64,000 nucleotides of DNA, taken from contig PDIP01000105.1 in the NCBI GenBank assembly GCA_002811645.1, forward strand, positions 94,573-158,572, given 5' to 3'. The stretch comes from Corallochytrium limacisporum Hawaii (Eukaryota > Protista > Pluriformea). Both the position numbers and the translations under genes were made by a program. Of the stretch, positions 42,940 through 54,800 are shown piece after piece (the first letter of the stretch is position 1; each line of letters opens with the position of its first letter). The notes below the pieces were generated by a model. It did no database searches, had not been told where the DNA came from, and saw nothing but the letters and a program-made list of their open reading frames with translations.

Positions 42940-43847
42940 TCTGCTGAGAAAGACTGTTCTTAAGTAATTGAACTATGCAATGTGTGTAATACATCACATC
43001 CTTGAAACTCAAAGGTATCACTCAGCAGGTTCCACAGATGCACTATTGCCACCATGCAAAGCATCAGAAAACAATGTATCCGTAAGATATAGAGCTAAAA
43101 TAGCTCCCTCCTAGCACAATCTTTCCAACTTTCTCACAAAGACAAGGCACACGCAGTCATATCCTAACGATTTCTAACCACAGCGAACACCCACAAGGCT
43201 GGTCAGGACCCTCTCCCCTCGTCTCCTCCGTTTGCCTTGGTCCGACAGGTCTTGTGTGCGAATCTACCTGGACCCCTAATTATTCATTTGCATCGTTTGC
43301 TTCAACAGAGAGACAGAGGATGGGAAGGTGAGCGTTGCTTGCACTGTCGGCTTTTGAGGCGACCACTGCCATGATTGGACCCTTCCCATACTGAAAATAC
43401 TGACAATAGAACCCAGAGAGATAAAAAGTGTTCCCAAAAGCCAGGAAAAAAGGAAAAAGAAGGAAGAAAAGAAACAAAACTAAACGATACACCGGGAATC
43501 CAGCCCAGTGTTTACCCTTCGGTAATGCTTGTCCCCCTTTCCCTATCCTTCCCCCCTTCGGTCTTCCGCCTCGGGCAAAGACAGCAGTGCACTCCTGCAC
43601 TGTGAACGAAGCTTAGCCACCGCACCGTCCCGACGCGGTCCCGTTTGTTTTCCGGGATGCCTTGCTTTCCATAGCGCCTTGCCCTTGTGCAGCAAGCCAT
43701 CCCCCAGCCTCTCCGTATTTAAAGTACCCCAATTTTTGGGCGAGCGTTTTGTCCGTTGTGCTTCTGTTTTGCCTTTTCCTTCTTTGGGACACACGAAAGG
43801 CGTTCGACGTGTGTGCCGCCTTTACGCGACACTTTCGCTCCCCCCCC

Positions 43848-44077
43848 NNNNNNNNNNNNNNNNNNNNNNNNNNNNNNNNNNNNNNNNNNNNNNNNNNNNN
43901 NNNNNNNNNNNNNNNNNNNNNNNNNNNNNNNNNNNNNNNNNNNNNNNNNNNNNNNNNNNNNNNNNNNNNNNNNNNNNNNNNNNNNNNNNNNNNNNNNNNN
44001 NNNNNNNNNNNNNNNNNNNNNNNNNNNNNNNNNNNNNNNNNNNNNNNNNNNNNNNNNNNNNNNNNNNNNNNNNNNNN
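43848..44077. other. Assembly gap in the CPSF6/PSMC1 divergent intergenic
   Basis: N run, C8 on the left, G5C6 on the right. Confidence 0.99.
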
Positions 44078-44443
44078 GGGGGCCCCCCGCGCCTAATTTC
44101 CTTCCGGAAGCCAACGGGAACAGAAGCGAAGGAGGGGAAGGGAAGGGAAGGGGGGGGGTTGGTGGGGGAGGCCCCGGTTTCCGAAGGCACCGCGCTGGCT
44201 AAAGGACAACAGTGCAAAGACTTCACAGGGATTGTCCGCCGAATCTCAAGAGACAGAAGCCAGGCCACAGCAGCGATACACAAGCGGGCCTGCTTGCGAA
44301 ATATTATACAGAAGAAGGACATAGCAATTATATCAGAATAGCTATTTTAGGGATCCTTTGTACACCGGAGAATGGCACAACACGAAGTATAGATCACGTA
44401 CGTACACAGTAGACCGGGTTCCCTGTATTTCTGTTTTGGAAAT

Positions 44444-45772
44444 ATGGGCAATGCACGTTCCGGTCAAGGCCAGCCTGGTGGGCAAGGCCAGGGTGATGGT
44501 AAGAAGAAACAAGAGAAGAAAAAGTTTGAGGCGCCACCTCCCACGCGCATCGGTAAGGGCAAGAAGAAGAAGGGACCTGACGCAGCACACAAGTTGCCCG
44601 ATGTGCTTCCCCACACACGGTGTCGTCTGAAGAAACTCAAATTGGATAGAATCAAAGATTATCTGCTTATGGAGGAGGAATTTATTCAAAATCAGGAACG
44701 GCTCAAACCCCAGGAGGAGAAGAGCCAAGAGGAGCGTCAAAAGGTTGAAGAATTGCGCGGCACCCCGATGGGCATCGGTACCCTCGAAGAAATCATCGAC
44801 GACAACCATGCTATCGTTAGCTCAAGCGTGGGTCCGGAGTACTATGTGACGATTATGTCCTTCGTAGATAAGGATCAATTGGAACCAGGATGCTCCATTC
44901 TGCTGCATAATAAGGTTCTCTCTGTGGTCGGCGTGCTCGGTGACGACGCAGATCCTATGGTCAGTGTTATGAAACTAGAGAAAGCCCCTCAAGAGAGCTA
45001 CGCGGACGTCGGTGGTCTGGAACAACAGATCCAAGAAATCAAGGAGAGTGTAGAGCTGCCCCTGACACACCCTGAATTATATGAAGAAATGGGCATTAGG
45101 CCGCCCAAGGGCGTGATTCTTTACGGTGAACCGGGAACTGGTAAGACCCTGCTGGCCAAGGCTGTGGCCAACCAAACCTCTGCCACTTTCTTGCGTGTGG
45201 TAGGGTCAGAATTAATTCAAAAGTACCTCGGTGACGGTCCCAAATTGGTTCGTGAATTATTCCGTGTGGCCGAAGAACATGCGCCTTCCATTGTGTTTAT
45301 TGATGAGATTGACGCGGTCGGTACGAAGCGCTACGATTCAAACAGTGGTGGCGAGAAAGAAATTCAACGTACTATGTTGGAGTTGCTGAATCAATTGGAT
45401 GGTTTCGATTCCCGTGGTGACGTGAAGGTCATCATGGCCACAAACCGGATAGAAACATTGGACCCTGCTCTGATTCGTCCCGGTCGCATTGACCGCAAGA
45501 TTGAGTTCCCTCTACCGGACGAGAAGACCAAGCGCCGTATCTTCCAGATTCACACCTCTCGCATGACCCTGGCGGAGGATGTGGACCTAGAACAATTCAT
45601 CATGGCCAAGGATGATCTTAGTGGTGCGGATATCAAAGCTATCTGCACCGAGGCTGGTCTCATGGCTCTGCGTGAGCGCCGTATGCGAGTGACCAATGAG
45701 GACTTCCAGAAGTCTAAGGAGAATGTGCTGTACCGCAAGAACGAGGGCACTCCCGAGGGACTGTATGTGTAA
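44444..45772 (+). CDS. PSMC1: 26S proteasome AAA ATPase Rpt2
   Basis: MG N-terminus, [41 protein letters not shown]-terminal TPEGLYV. Confidence 0.98.
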   Translation: MGNARSGQGQPGGQGQGDGKKKQEKKKFEAPPPTRIGKGKKKKGPDAAHKLPDVLPHTRCRLKKLKLDRIKDYLLMEEEFIQNQERLKPQEEKSQEERQKVEELRGTPMGIGTLEEIIDDNHAIVSSSVGPEYYVTIMSFVDKDQLEPGCSILLHNKVLSVVGVLGDDADPMVSVMKLEKAPQESYADVGGLEQQIQEIKESVELPLTHPELYEEMGIRPPKGVILYGEPGTGKTLLAKAVANQTSATFLRVVGSELIQKYLGDGPKLVRELFRVAEEHAPSIVFIDEIDAVGTKRYDSNSGGEKEIQRTMLELLNQLDGFDSRGDVKVIMATNRIETLDPALIRPGRIDRKIEFPLPDEKTKRRIFQIHTSRMTLAEDVDLEQFIMAKDDLSGADIKAICTEAGLMALRERRMRVTNEDFQKSKENVLYRKNEGTPEGLYV

Positions 45773-46231
45773 ACTCGTAGCAAATGCGCCTTTACTTTCT
45801 GTTTTCTTTCTTGTATGAGGAACGCTAAACGTGAAAACTAGGCTACATTGCAATAAATGTGTGCTCGACAAAGAGTAATAGAACCCATGTTGTCTGATTT
45901 GATTCGTGGCCGGCTCCGGCCAACCGCTGTACCCTCCTTGTCCTCAACAGCTCGCCTGCGGAGCAAAGGGGGGGGGGACTGATATAGTTCCCTCCACCTA
46001 TGTCCGAGGACTTGGGAGGGGTGACTGAGGTATGGCCCAAGCCTGCCAGGTGCCACGAGAGTCCACCACCTCACCTCGGTTTGCTGTGAAAACGGAGTTA
46101 AGGAGTCATCCAATACAGTGGGTACAAAAGATTCATCAAAGAACCAAATGGTTTGACCATAACATAGTATGACACAAAATTTTGCCCTTAGTACCATTTC
46201 TATTCGAGCCTAAACATTCAAGACAAGTTTT

Positions 46232-46681
46232 ATGTATGGGATTTTGAGACGGATCGGTGGTTGCCCGGGGACGTGCACCGCAACATACCGAGGCGTTAGA
46301 CTCCTTTCACTAACGCACACTACAGCACAAGCAGATAGAAAGCACTCTAGTACGGCGGTAGAACTTGACGAGAAATTGATGAATCGTGTGTACGAACTAG
46401 CACTCCTGCCGAAACCCGACACACCGGAAAGACTAGCTGCAGACAAGAAGTCCATCCAGGAAATCTTGCAATTCGTTGAAGTGTTGCAGCAGGTGGATAC
46501 AAATGGTGTTGAACCAATGACCAATCCACTGGAATTGTATGGTTCAAACGTCAACGCACTGCAACAGGGCTCAGATGACTTTGTTAAGGATGGCGATGTA
46601 ATGCCGAGGTCTACTCTAATGGGCCAGAGTCGTTTCGCCCGCGACGAGTACTACCAATATCCACAGGGAGCGAAAGAGTAG
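46232..46681 (+). CDS. GATC: Mitochondrial Glu-tRNA(Gln) amidotransferase subunit C
   Basis: Presequence-like N-terminus; ELALL...EILQFVEVLQQVDTNGVEPM motif. Confidence 0.8.
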   Translation: MYGILRRIGGCPGTCTATYRGVRLLSLTHTTAQADRKHSSTAVELDEKLMNRVYELALLPKPDTPERLAADKKSIQEILQFVEVLQQVDTNGVEPMTNPLELYGSNVNALQQGSDDFVKDGDVMPRSTLMGQSRFARDEYYQYPQGAKE

Positions 46682-47096
46682 ATGTCTCTGCTGGCGGAGA
46701 CCATGTTGGAAACAAAAGTACAAACTTGCGACGGAAGTCAAAGACAAAGTATAAAAGTGTTCGTTGTCTGTAATAGATAACGATGACATGCCAATTTCAT
46801 GTTTTATTAAACTAGTGCGCAGAATGAATGATGTGTGAAGCGAATGTGGTGATGAACATTATACACTACTGATGAATCATCTCATTTCATGCTAACCCTT
46901 TCACGAGTGAGGTCTGTTGATCAGTTTTGGGGGTCCCGTGGAATGAGAAGTACCCGGAAAATGTCATTTCATGCACCAAGTATTGCAGTTTTGTGTTTTG
47001 CGGGTCTCGTTCCAGTGCAGGAAACAACGGTTATACACTGCAGAACGCCCAGAACGAACCCAAAGTAATTATTTTCCCGTTTAGAAAGACTGCAAA

Positions 47097-47564
47097 TTAA
47101 ATACGGTTGAGCTTGTCGGCAATGACCTTGGGGTTGTTGGCGGCGACCTCTTCCCGGCCCATGGCCTTGTAGTCAAAGGAGCACTCGTGCTTATCAGAGT
47201 AGCGGTGCAGACCACAGTAAATGCCTTCGCAGCGGCACTTGAAGCCAGTCAAACCGACCTTCTTCTTGCATACTCCACAACGAGTGGGCTTCTTCTTCTG
47301 TGGTGTTTCAGTGACTTCGAGTGTGGAGACCTCGACGGTCTTGACTTCCTCGACAGGCTTAGTCTGGAGGACAGGAGCAGGGGTCTGTGCAACAGCAGGG
47401 GCAACGGCAGGTTGGCTAGTTTCTGCCTGCTGCTGCTTGTTCTTGATCTGTTCCTTGAAGCAAACGGAGCAGAAGTTGTCTGTTTCGGGCCGTCCGTGGA
47501 ACATGCATCCAGGCTTGGCGCACTGGCCAGGAGTGCTGTTGTTGATATCCTGGTGGGATTCCAT
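47097..47564 (-). CDS. A20/AN1 zinc-finger stress-associated protein (ZFAND5/6-like)
   Basis: A20 finger CAKPGCMFHG...FCSVC and AN1 finger RCGVCKKKVGLTGFKCRC...YCGLHRYSDKHECSFDYK. Confidence 0.95.
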   Translation of the reverse strand: MESHQDINNSTPGQCAKPGCMFHGRPETDNFCSVCFKEQIKNKQQQAETSQPAVAPAVAQTPAPVLQTKPVEEVKTVEVSTLEVTETPQKKKPTRCGVCKKKVGLTGFKCRCEGIYCGLHRYSDKHECSFDYKAMGREEVAANNPKVIADKLNRI

Positions 47565-47605
47565 GTTTGTTTTGTATTTCTTTACCTGTTTTCTCTTAAA
47601 CTTCC

Positions 47606-47928
47606 CTAAGTTAGCTCAAATAGGCACCCGGAGGTTTTCTTTCGCAAGTAGTCGCTTTGTTTGAATGTAAGTTTCGTGGTTGAGATGGCTGTAGACGTCG
47701 CTCACACTACAGATGTGCAAGTAGCGACCGTCAAGTACCACCAAAGGGATTGTGGGCGACGTGTCCGTTCTTGTTCTCATTGTTTGATACATAGGAACGG
47801 GTCTTATCGTTCTTCTTTCAGAAACTTTATTTATTTGCAGGCATGGCATTGACACAACGCACCAGTGAAACCCACAGAATTGCCAAGTCGTTCATTGTTC
47901 TTTCTCCCTTCTGTCGTCGCCCACTCAC
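47606..47928 (-). other. Predicted 5'UTR intron of ZFAND (323 nt)
   Basis: Minus strand: CTG|GTGAGT donor at 47928 and GCTAACTTAG branch-plus-acceptor ending 47606, 41 nt before the ATG. Confidence 0.5.
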
Positions 47929-48724
47929 CAGACCAGAGAGGCGCTCTATTCCCTTTCCCTTCGTCGTCGTTCGTACGCGTCTCCATTCACTGGCCCTTGA
48001 GAATGAATGGGCGTGTCTCGGCGTAGTTTCTAGAGGCACCTAAAAAGGAGAGTTCGAGAGCAAACGGGAAAAAAAAACTTGGCGGAAGTCAAGAAAAGTT
48101 GCAAGCTCGGACAAAACCCTTACGACCAGACTGAGCGGTGGGCTGGTTCGTTTACTATGAAATGCAACCTCCCGCGTTCTCGTCACCGGAGGGGGTTTTT
48201 TAAAATTCGGGAAGGGCCCTTCTTCGTATCTATTTAGTCGTCAGCCGTCAGTCTCTCTACGGGGTTTGCGGGCAGGGAAAAGAAGGGGGGAGGGGGAGCA
48301 GAAAAGTGGAAAATTTTTCTTCTTGTTTCGAATGCTCTCGAAACTCATCAATATTAAAGTGCTATATTGAAACTATTCAGATCTGGTGCACATTGACCTA
48401 AAACCCCCTAGAAAATGGAAGAATTTTCACTCCGTTTCACCTGGTTGGGACCGAACCGTGTGTCCTTGTTCCGCGAGGTTAAGTCTCTCGCGCAAGTTGC
48501 TGACCGGCCCCTGCAAGCAACACTTCTGCATCACTTCAAAGCTAGAAACAATCCAGTCAGCCAGCCGAGAGTACTCCCTCCTCCTCCCTTCTCTGCTCCC
48601 CTCCGTTCCCTTCTTGTTTGCGGCCCTCGCCCAAGCGGACGACACTCCCCTCGCTAATCTCCCTTCTCCCCCTGAAAATGGAAAGTGCAGCACGATCGGG
48701 GTAGGCAGTTAACGCGGAAGAGAA

Positions 48725-48845
48725 GAAGAGGGGGGGGGGAGTGAGGGGCAGAAATTTTTTTTCCTTTGAAGCAGAAAAGCACGCAAATGTCAAACTTCTC
48801 CCCCCTCCCTCCCCCCCCCCCCCCCCCCCCGGGGGCTCCCGCGGC
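48725..48845. promoter_or_regulatory. Poly(dG)/poly(dC) tract (G10; C20 followed by G5)
   Basis: Direct read; longest homopolymer in the window. Confidence 0.45.
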
Positions 48846-51800
48846 GGACGCGCCTCCCTTTCTCCCTCCCTGTCGGGACCAGTCCTCTTCGGACCATAGG
48901 CAGTCTGCACAGTTAATCTTCATCTCATTCTGACATGTATATTAAATGTATTGAGCTTCTCTCCCACACCCGAACACTCTATAAGGCTATATCTTGCCAC
49001 CTCCCCTCAATTGATCTGGGCTCGAACCCTACGATCACCCGAAACCAGCTGGCGATGGGTTACCTTCTTCCGTCCTTCTCTAATCATCTCCCTATGGACC
49101 TTCTTACACACTCACACCAGGCAAGATACGAAAAACTGTTCGTCAGTGCTGGGATACGCACTCACGGTTGGGTGGCGATGTGGCCGTCAGAACCTCTGCT
49201 GCTGCCAGTGCTCCTGACCTGAATTGGTCACACCGCCCTAGTACGCCAGTGTTGGTCCTGCTGAACTGGAGTCCAACGAGCGCGGACTTTTTCCCGTGAC
49301 TGTTCAGACTACTTTTTCTGGGCAGTTGTATTGCTATACCGAAGTCTACCCAGTCCATCCTTCCCGAATATTTGGCCTGTATGGACAAGAATGGTCACGA
49401 AACAAAACAAAACGTGCCAAATCTTAAATTGCTGTGTGTGGCACGAACCCAATTTTTTTCTCCCTCCCGAAAACTTGGTATGGGCTGACCGCGTTCATGC
49501 CCAGGCCATTGTTTCAGTAGGGGCATGGCGGTGTGCGGGTTGTAGCTCTGATCATGCCTTCCCTCGACAAGAGGGGGTGGGATGAACAGCTGTAGTTATA
49601 TGACCATCCGATTGCGATACCCGCCCCGCTCTTTGTTCGCAAATTTTTTAAACTTGGCAATGTGGACGTCGAACCAGTTTCCTTTACCAGACTTCTCTCA
49701 TCTATTTGGTGACACCGTCCAGTGATAATAGGTCTGATGGACAGGCTGATGTGGGATATGATAATAATATAAGGCAAAATTTGTAATTCTTGCGGGTATT
49801 TGGTCAATCCTCGCGGGGTGGGTTGCAGACAGCGCGTTCGCCCTGTGGAGACACTCCTTTTCTGTTCATTGGAAATCTTTGTTGTACAGCTGCACGCAGC
49901 AGCGTGAAAGGATTGTTCCTTGCCACGATCGATTTCTTCGGTAGTATTTTAAGAACCGAAGAAGAAGGGAGAAAAAGGGATTGGGAGAGGGGGGATTCCG
50001 ACCTGACCTCACCCACCACGAACTCGTGCGTTGGTTTCCTCGGCGCCGCGGTTTGGTACTCAATATATCCGTCCCAGGCGATGGCCATGTGCGTCCTTCA
50101 CTTTTCGAACGATTTCTCTCGTCTTTGTCTCCAATTTTACTTGCGTTGTCATTTCCTAGCGCGTTCCAAGATGGGTCGATCGGGCCTATTTGTTTAAGTA
50201 AAACAATGGGACCTACGTCCTGCTAGGCTTGCTTTGTTGAGCCTGTCATGGTCACACCCTTTCCAAACTACCCTTGCCACTATTAATGCCGACCTCCCAC
50301 ATAGTTTTCGGTGCACGTTTCCTGTCCGCCCGCCCAGCCAGAACACATCCGTTGAACCGCACGCCATCGAGCGAACAACCCGTGACGACGACCATATTTT
50401 TATATTGCTTCGTCGCTTCTTCTCCGATTTCTCGCCTGGCACAAGCGAGTTGGAGCGGGTATATGACGGTAGAGCGAAAAAGCTCCTCTCGTATTTTATC
50501 CACCCTCATGCGTTTTGTATACACTTGTGAAGCGCGTGTCCATTGCTTCCCATTTTGGGAGAGCCGTGGACGAAGGCAGCAACAGGGAGGAAAACGATTG
50601 GAAGCGGGAAAAAGACGGTATGAATATGCGGCAAAGAATATTTTTTGGTCGACTGTATCTGTAGCTGCCGGTGCCGTTTCCAAAGAACAGAGCCGGGAGA
50701 CTGGCCCTGGCCAGCGCGCCACTTACGTGTCGGAGTGTAAATTCTATAGTCAGGCGGTAGCGAATTATCGTCACTGATTCCTTGAACCACAGTTTAGAAA
50801 ACAAAGTGTTTGCTGTAGTGTAACACCCCTCCCCCTACCTTCCTTTGTGCCGCTCCTCCTGTCATGGACCATTGCTGTGCTGTCAGTAAACCTTGCTATG
50901 TTGGGGCTTCGGGGTCAGCGTTCTCCCGTCGTTCCCGGCTCACGGCACCTTCCTCGAATTCTCGAGTATTTTCTGGTGTTCTCCGCGCCCGCCCATTTTT
51001 TTTGTCTCCCATACCAACCGCTTACACGCAATGCTGGACAAGAAAATAGGCCCGCGGATGACAAAAAGGAGAAGAGTCAGAACGGAGCAGAGACAAAGGA
51101 ATTTTTGATGGACGGAGCGAAAAATCGAAAGGGACACCCCGGGGTTGCGAAAATGGCGATATCGGGGAGAGTCTTCAAATGCGGCTGGCAGCTCACCCAA
51201 GGTACAACGGCCACCCACAATGCAAACCACACACCACACCACTAGGTCGTCATTGTCTTCCAGTTTTTTTTCAGTCCTCCCGGCCTTCCCTGTTGCTTTT
51301 GTGTTCCAGGCCTCTTTTTCTCACTCTTTCACTCTGTCTCTCCATCTCCTGACGGTTTTTTTGGGGGGGGGGGGGCAACAACCTTTTTGACAACCAAGCC
51401 AAAACCTTTGCAGCCGCTCTCGTCATGGAAGCCCCTCCTTCCCAACCATGGCTCGTTGGCAGCCTCACCTCCTAAAGGATCTTTTTCTCATTCAAATTGT
51501 TACACGGAGCAAGATCTCTAGCCGTTCCTCTTCAGAAAAACAAGATCCAATGGCAACGGAACCCTACCAATAAAGAAATGGAGAACCCGTCCCCAGCAGC
51601 TGCCACCCTGTCTCGATCGACCGCCGTGCTAAAATGCCGTCCCGAACAGAACGTCCCTCGGGGTGCCTGTGGTTGCCTGAGTCTCCGTCGGGTGCGGTGG
51701 GTGTCGTTGAGAATACTAATTTATGATAAAGGGCCAGGAAAACCACACGTACATTTAGTATAGAGATTTCAACCTACAAGGCAGGCACAGAGGCCCCTTT

Positions 51801-54800
51801 CTCTCAGGACCGGACCTTCTGTGCTTTGTTCATGCCCCGACCAACCCCCGCACGGATCCAACCATACCCTTTTCCCCAGGTTGACCCCCCAGTGTGGCAA
51901 GCAAGATTCTTCCGAGGAGGCATTGGACACGGGTTCCAGACCCATTCATCTTCATAGTTACTTCACTGCACCTGTGAACACACTACGACACCCTTAGTGG
52001 GAGCGAACAACGACGCAGGTGACAACGACGAGTACGGTCTCCCTAAAGTTAATTGCCCCGTGCCACGGGCCTATTGCGCAAAACAGGTGGCTCATGATTT
52101 GCCAATTTTGCCTCGTCAGCAAAAGGAAAGGCCTCAGAAACGGTACAGTTTACCGGGACATACTATACATGGCCTATATATTGTGTCCATCCCCACTCAC
52201 CCCGATCCCCTTCTTTCATTCCGCTGAGAGCACGAATGATGGGCCAATGGAAAAGTAGGCATTTTCTGTGATTACACTATTGAAGGTGGCACATTCAATA
52301 GGAAAGTAACCTACTGGCGGCACCTCACCGACACCATCCTCAGAATCACTACCAGCAGCGGGCGGTAAGTCTCGTGGACGTCTCTACTGTTGTGATAAAA
52401 CTCCAATTGATTCAGCACCGGGTGCGGTACCGAGAGTGTGTGTGCTTTTTGACGTGGTCCGGTTCGGCTGCGGCTGTGAGCAACCATGTCCCCATTTCAT
52501 TACTTAAGTATGAATGAAAACGAAAGCACCAAAGTGAAATTCCACTGCAGAGCCCAGTAGGCTTCGGTTCAAGGAAACATTTCTCGGCACGAACAGGACT
52601 GGCAACATCAGAATCCTGAGGGTGAATTCTGCTGCAGGAGGGTGGGTGATATACCCAGATCGATGATTGTGGGTTACAGAAAGGCCTGGAGAGTGACGGG
52701 TTCTGTGAGGATGTCAGAAGGCCGCCAGGGGAGGAGAAGAAAGGGGAGGGGCGGCACCCGCCCGTGAATTAGGCAAAAACGATCAACTGGTTGACTATGG
52801 AAATATGGCCCGCATCGGCTAAATCCACTCCTTCGTCTGATGGAGGATCTGAATGAAATCTGAGAAAGCGATGAGCGGCGTACGTACATTTACTATCAAA
52901 GAGATTAAAGATAAGAGTGGTGGAAGATAGTGCAAGCGCGTAGAGAACACCCACGATCAGAGATTAGTCGCGTGAAATTAGCTGCTAATTCTACACCATA
53001 CTCATTCACTAGGATACCACTTCGTTGTCCTCACAATTCTATGACAGCAACACCCACAGACAATTGTAGCGGTCAAGGAACATAGCTACTTGGCACGCAC
53101 TGTGCTCACCGACAAGCATTTGGGGATTGTATGCAATTGGCTTAACGCCACACTAGTAACAGTCTTGAGAGCAGATACTGACACTCTGAGATAAAGCAGG
53201 ATACTGCTCAACCAAGAGGCTAACTGATGAAGGAACGTAGGACGAGGGGCAATGAAAACTAGAGAACCTCAGTTTGGTCAGAGAAGGGGTGATTGTGACC
53301 CCGCTCACCCCGCAGCAGCCAGTGCTGCGCTCGTTGTCCATCCCTGAGTCTTACTGCTAGGAATCGCCTGCCTGGATATGTCAAATTGAGCATACGGAAC
53401 ATAGGCTTTGGGAAGGAGACCCAATCGATTGGAGACACGAACAGTTTGGTGTCGGTGAGACATCGTCGTTTCCTTTTGGGTTGCTGTGAGAAGCCCGTGG
53501 AGAGTGGGAGTGACAGTGATACCCTCGGTTCCTTCCCTAAATACCGCGGCGCTACCGTGTATAGCTCGGAGCTCTGCTCCTTTCTCTTGCCCTGAATGGG
53601 TTGCAGCGGTGGTGGGGGTGGTGTGATCACCCCTTGTAGCCTGCTTTCCGGCATCGTCTCACACTAACAGCTGGGTCAAGTTCCTGTGGTAGGACGGTTC
53701 AAAGTGTACGTCTGTACCGTGATGTTATCGAGGAGCATGTCAACAAGAGCAATGCCAACTGGGAATGAATAGGACATTGGTTTGCACCACGAAAGTGAAC
53801 ATAACAGGAGCGGTCCCTCCACCGCCAATCGAATGGTGGTGATGTGTACGATGATCAAAAGTAGAAACTGTCTACGCTTAGAATCATCCGCCCGTCCTCA
53901 CCCAAGCTCACTGTGGTCAAGAGGCATGGCCAGAGGGCGCACTTAAATCACTTACAATAAGCCTCGGTTGTTTGTTTGCATGTATGTCTCCCAGCATCGA
54001 ATTCTCTCCTTCCAGAGCAACACAGCACCACCCCAGCAACAACCGCACGCACAAATCACAACAGATGCTAGACAAATATCTCTCGTCCTCTACAACAGTA
54101 TTGTCTCATAGATACAACAGCACTCGTGACGGCCTACCTGACCACATCCCAAGCTTTGCATGATTCACTTGCATCTTGTGATGCTGCTGGCATGTTACAT
54201 GTCGCGACCTTCTTTTGGGATTGCTTCGGGTACTCCTTATAAAGTGATAGGCTTGCTTTGGAGGGAAGCGGGGTGGGGGGCCTTTATCTCCTCTTCTACT
54301 TCTTTCTATCTCAGTGGCCTTCTTTCCTTTTCATTTCCAAATCCGGCCTTTCGATGATGAACCAATGAAACCGAAAGAGCAAAGAGATTCAAGGGGTAAA
54401 AGCAAATGAAAGGAGACGGAAACAAAATTTGAAGAATCAAAACAGGAACGAACAAGAAGCAAAATAAACAAAGGAAAGAGGGAAGAGAAACCCACAGCAG
54501 CGGGGGCGGAAGAAGATGCCTTCCGACCAGGGGACCAGGCTACGTGCTTGACATGCTTGACCATGTCCAGGTACTGGTGCCCCATTTCAAGCACCATCAT
54601 ACAGCGTATCCGTTCCATAGTCGTATATGCGCTGGTGGGGTTACGCCCTTGATCTCGGCATGATGCTGAAGATGGAATGTCGTCAGCTCCGGTTCTGTGC
54701 CTGCCGCAGGCGGCATCCGTCTACAATTGTCTAGCTCGGTCGAACAGCTGGTTGTCCATTCCTCTCTCTGCAGAAGATCTCCCTTACTAGCAATGGACAC

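Noticed and set aside
49010-49250. tRNA-like fragments on the minus strand (GGGTTCGAGCCC; a stretch loosely like a tRNA-Leu 3' end followed by T5)
   Set aside because: Cannot be folded into a cloverleaf and the T-arm stem is incomplete; tRNAscan-SE would settle it
53284-53635. Imperfect inverted repeat (AAGGGGTGAT...ATCACCCCTT) suggesting a MITE
   Set aside because: Only 10 bp of perfect match, no target-site duplication seen and no second copy in the window
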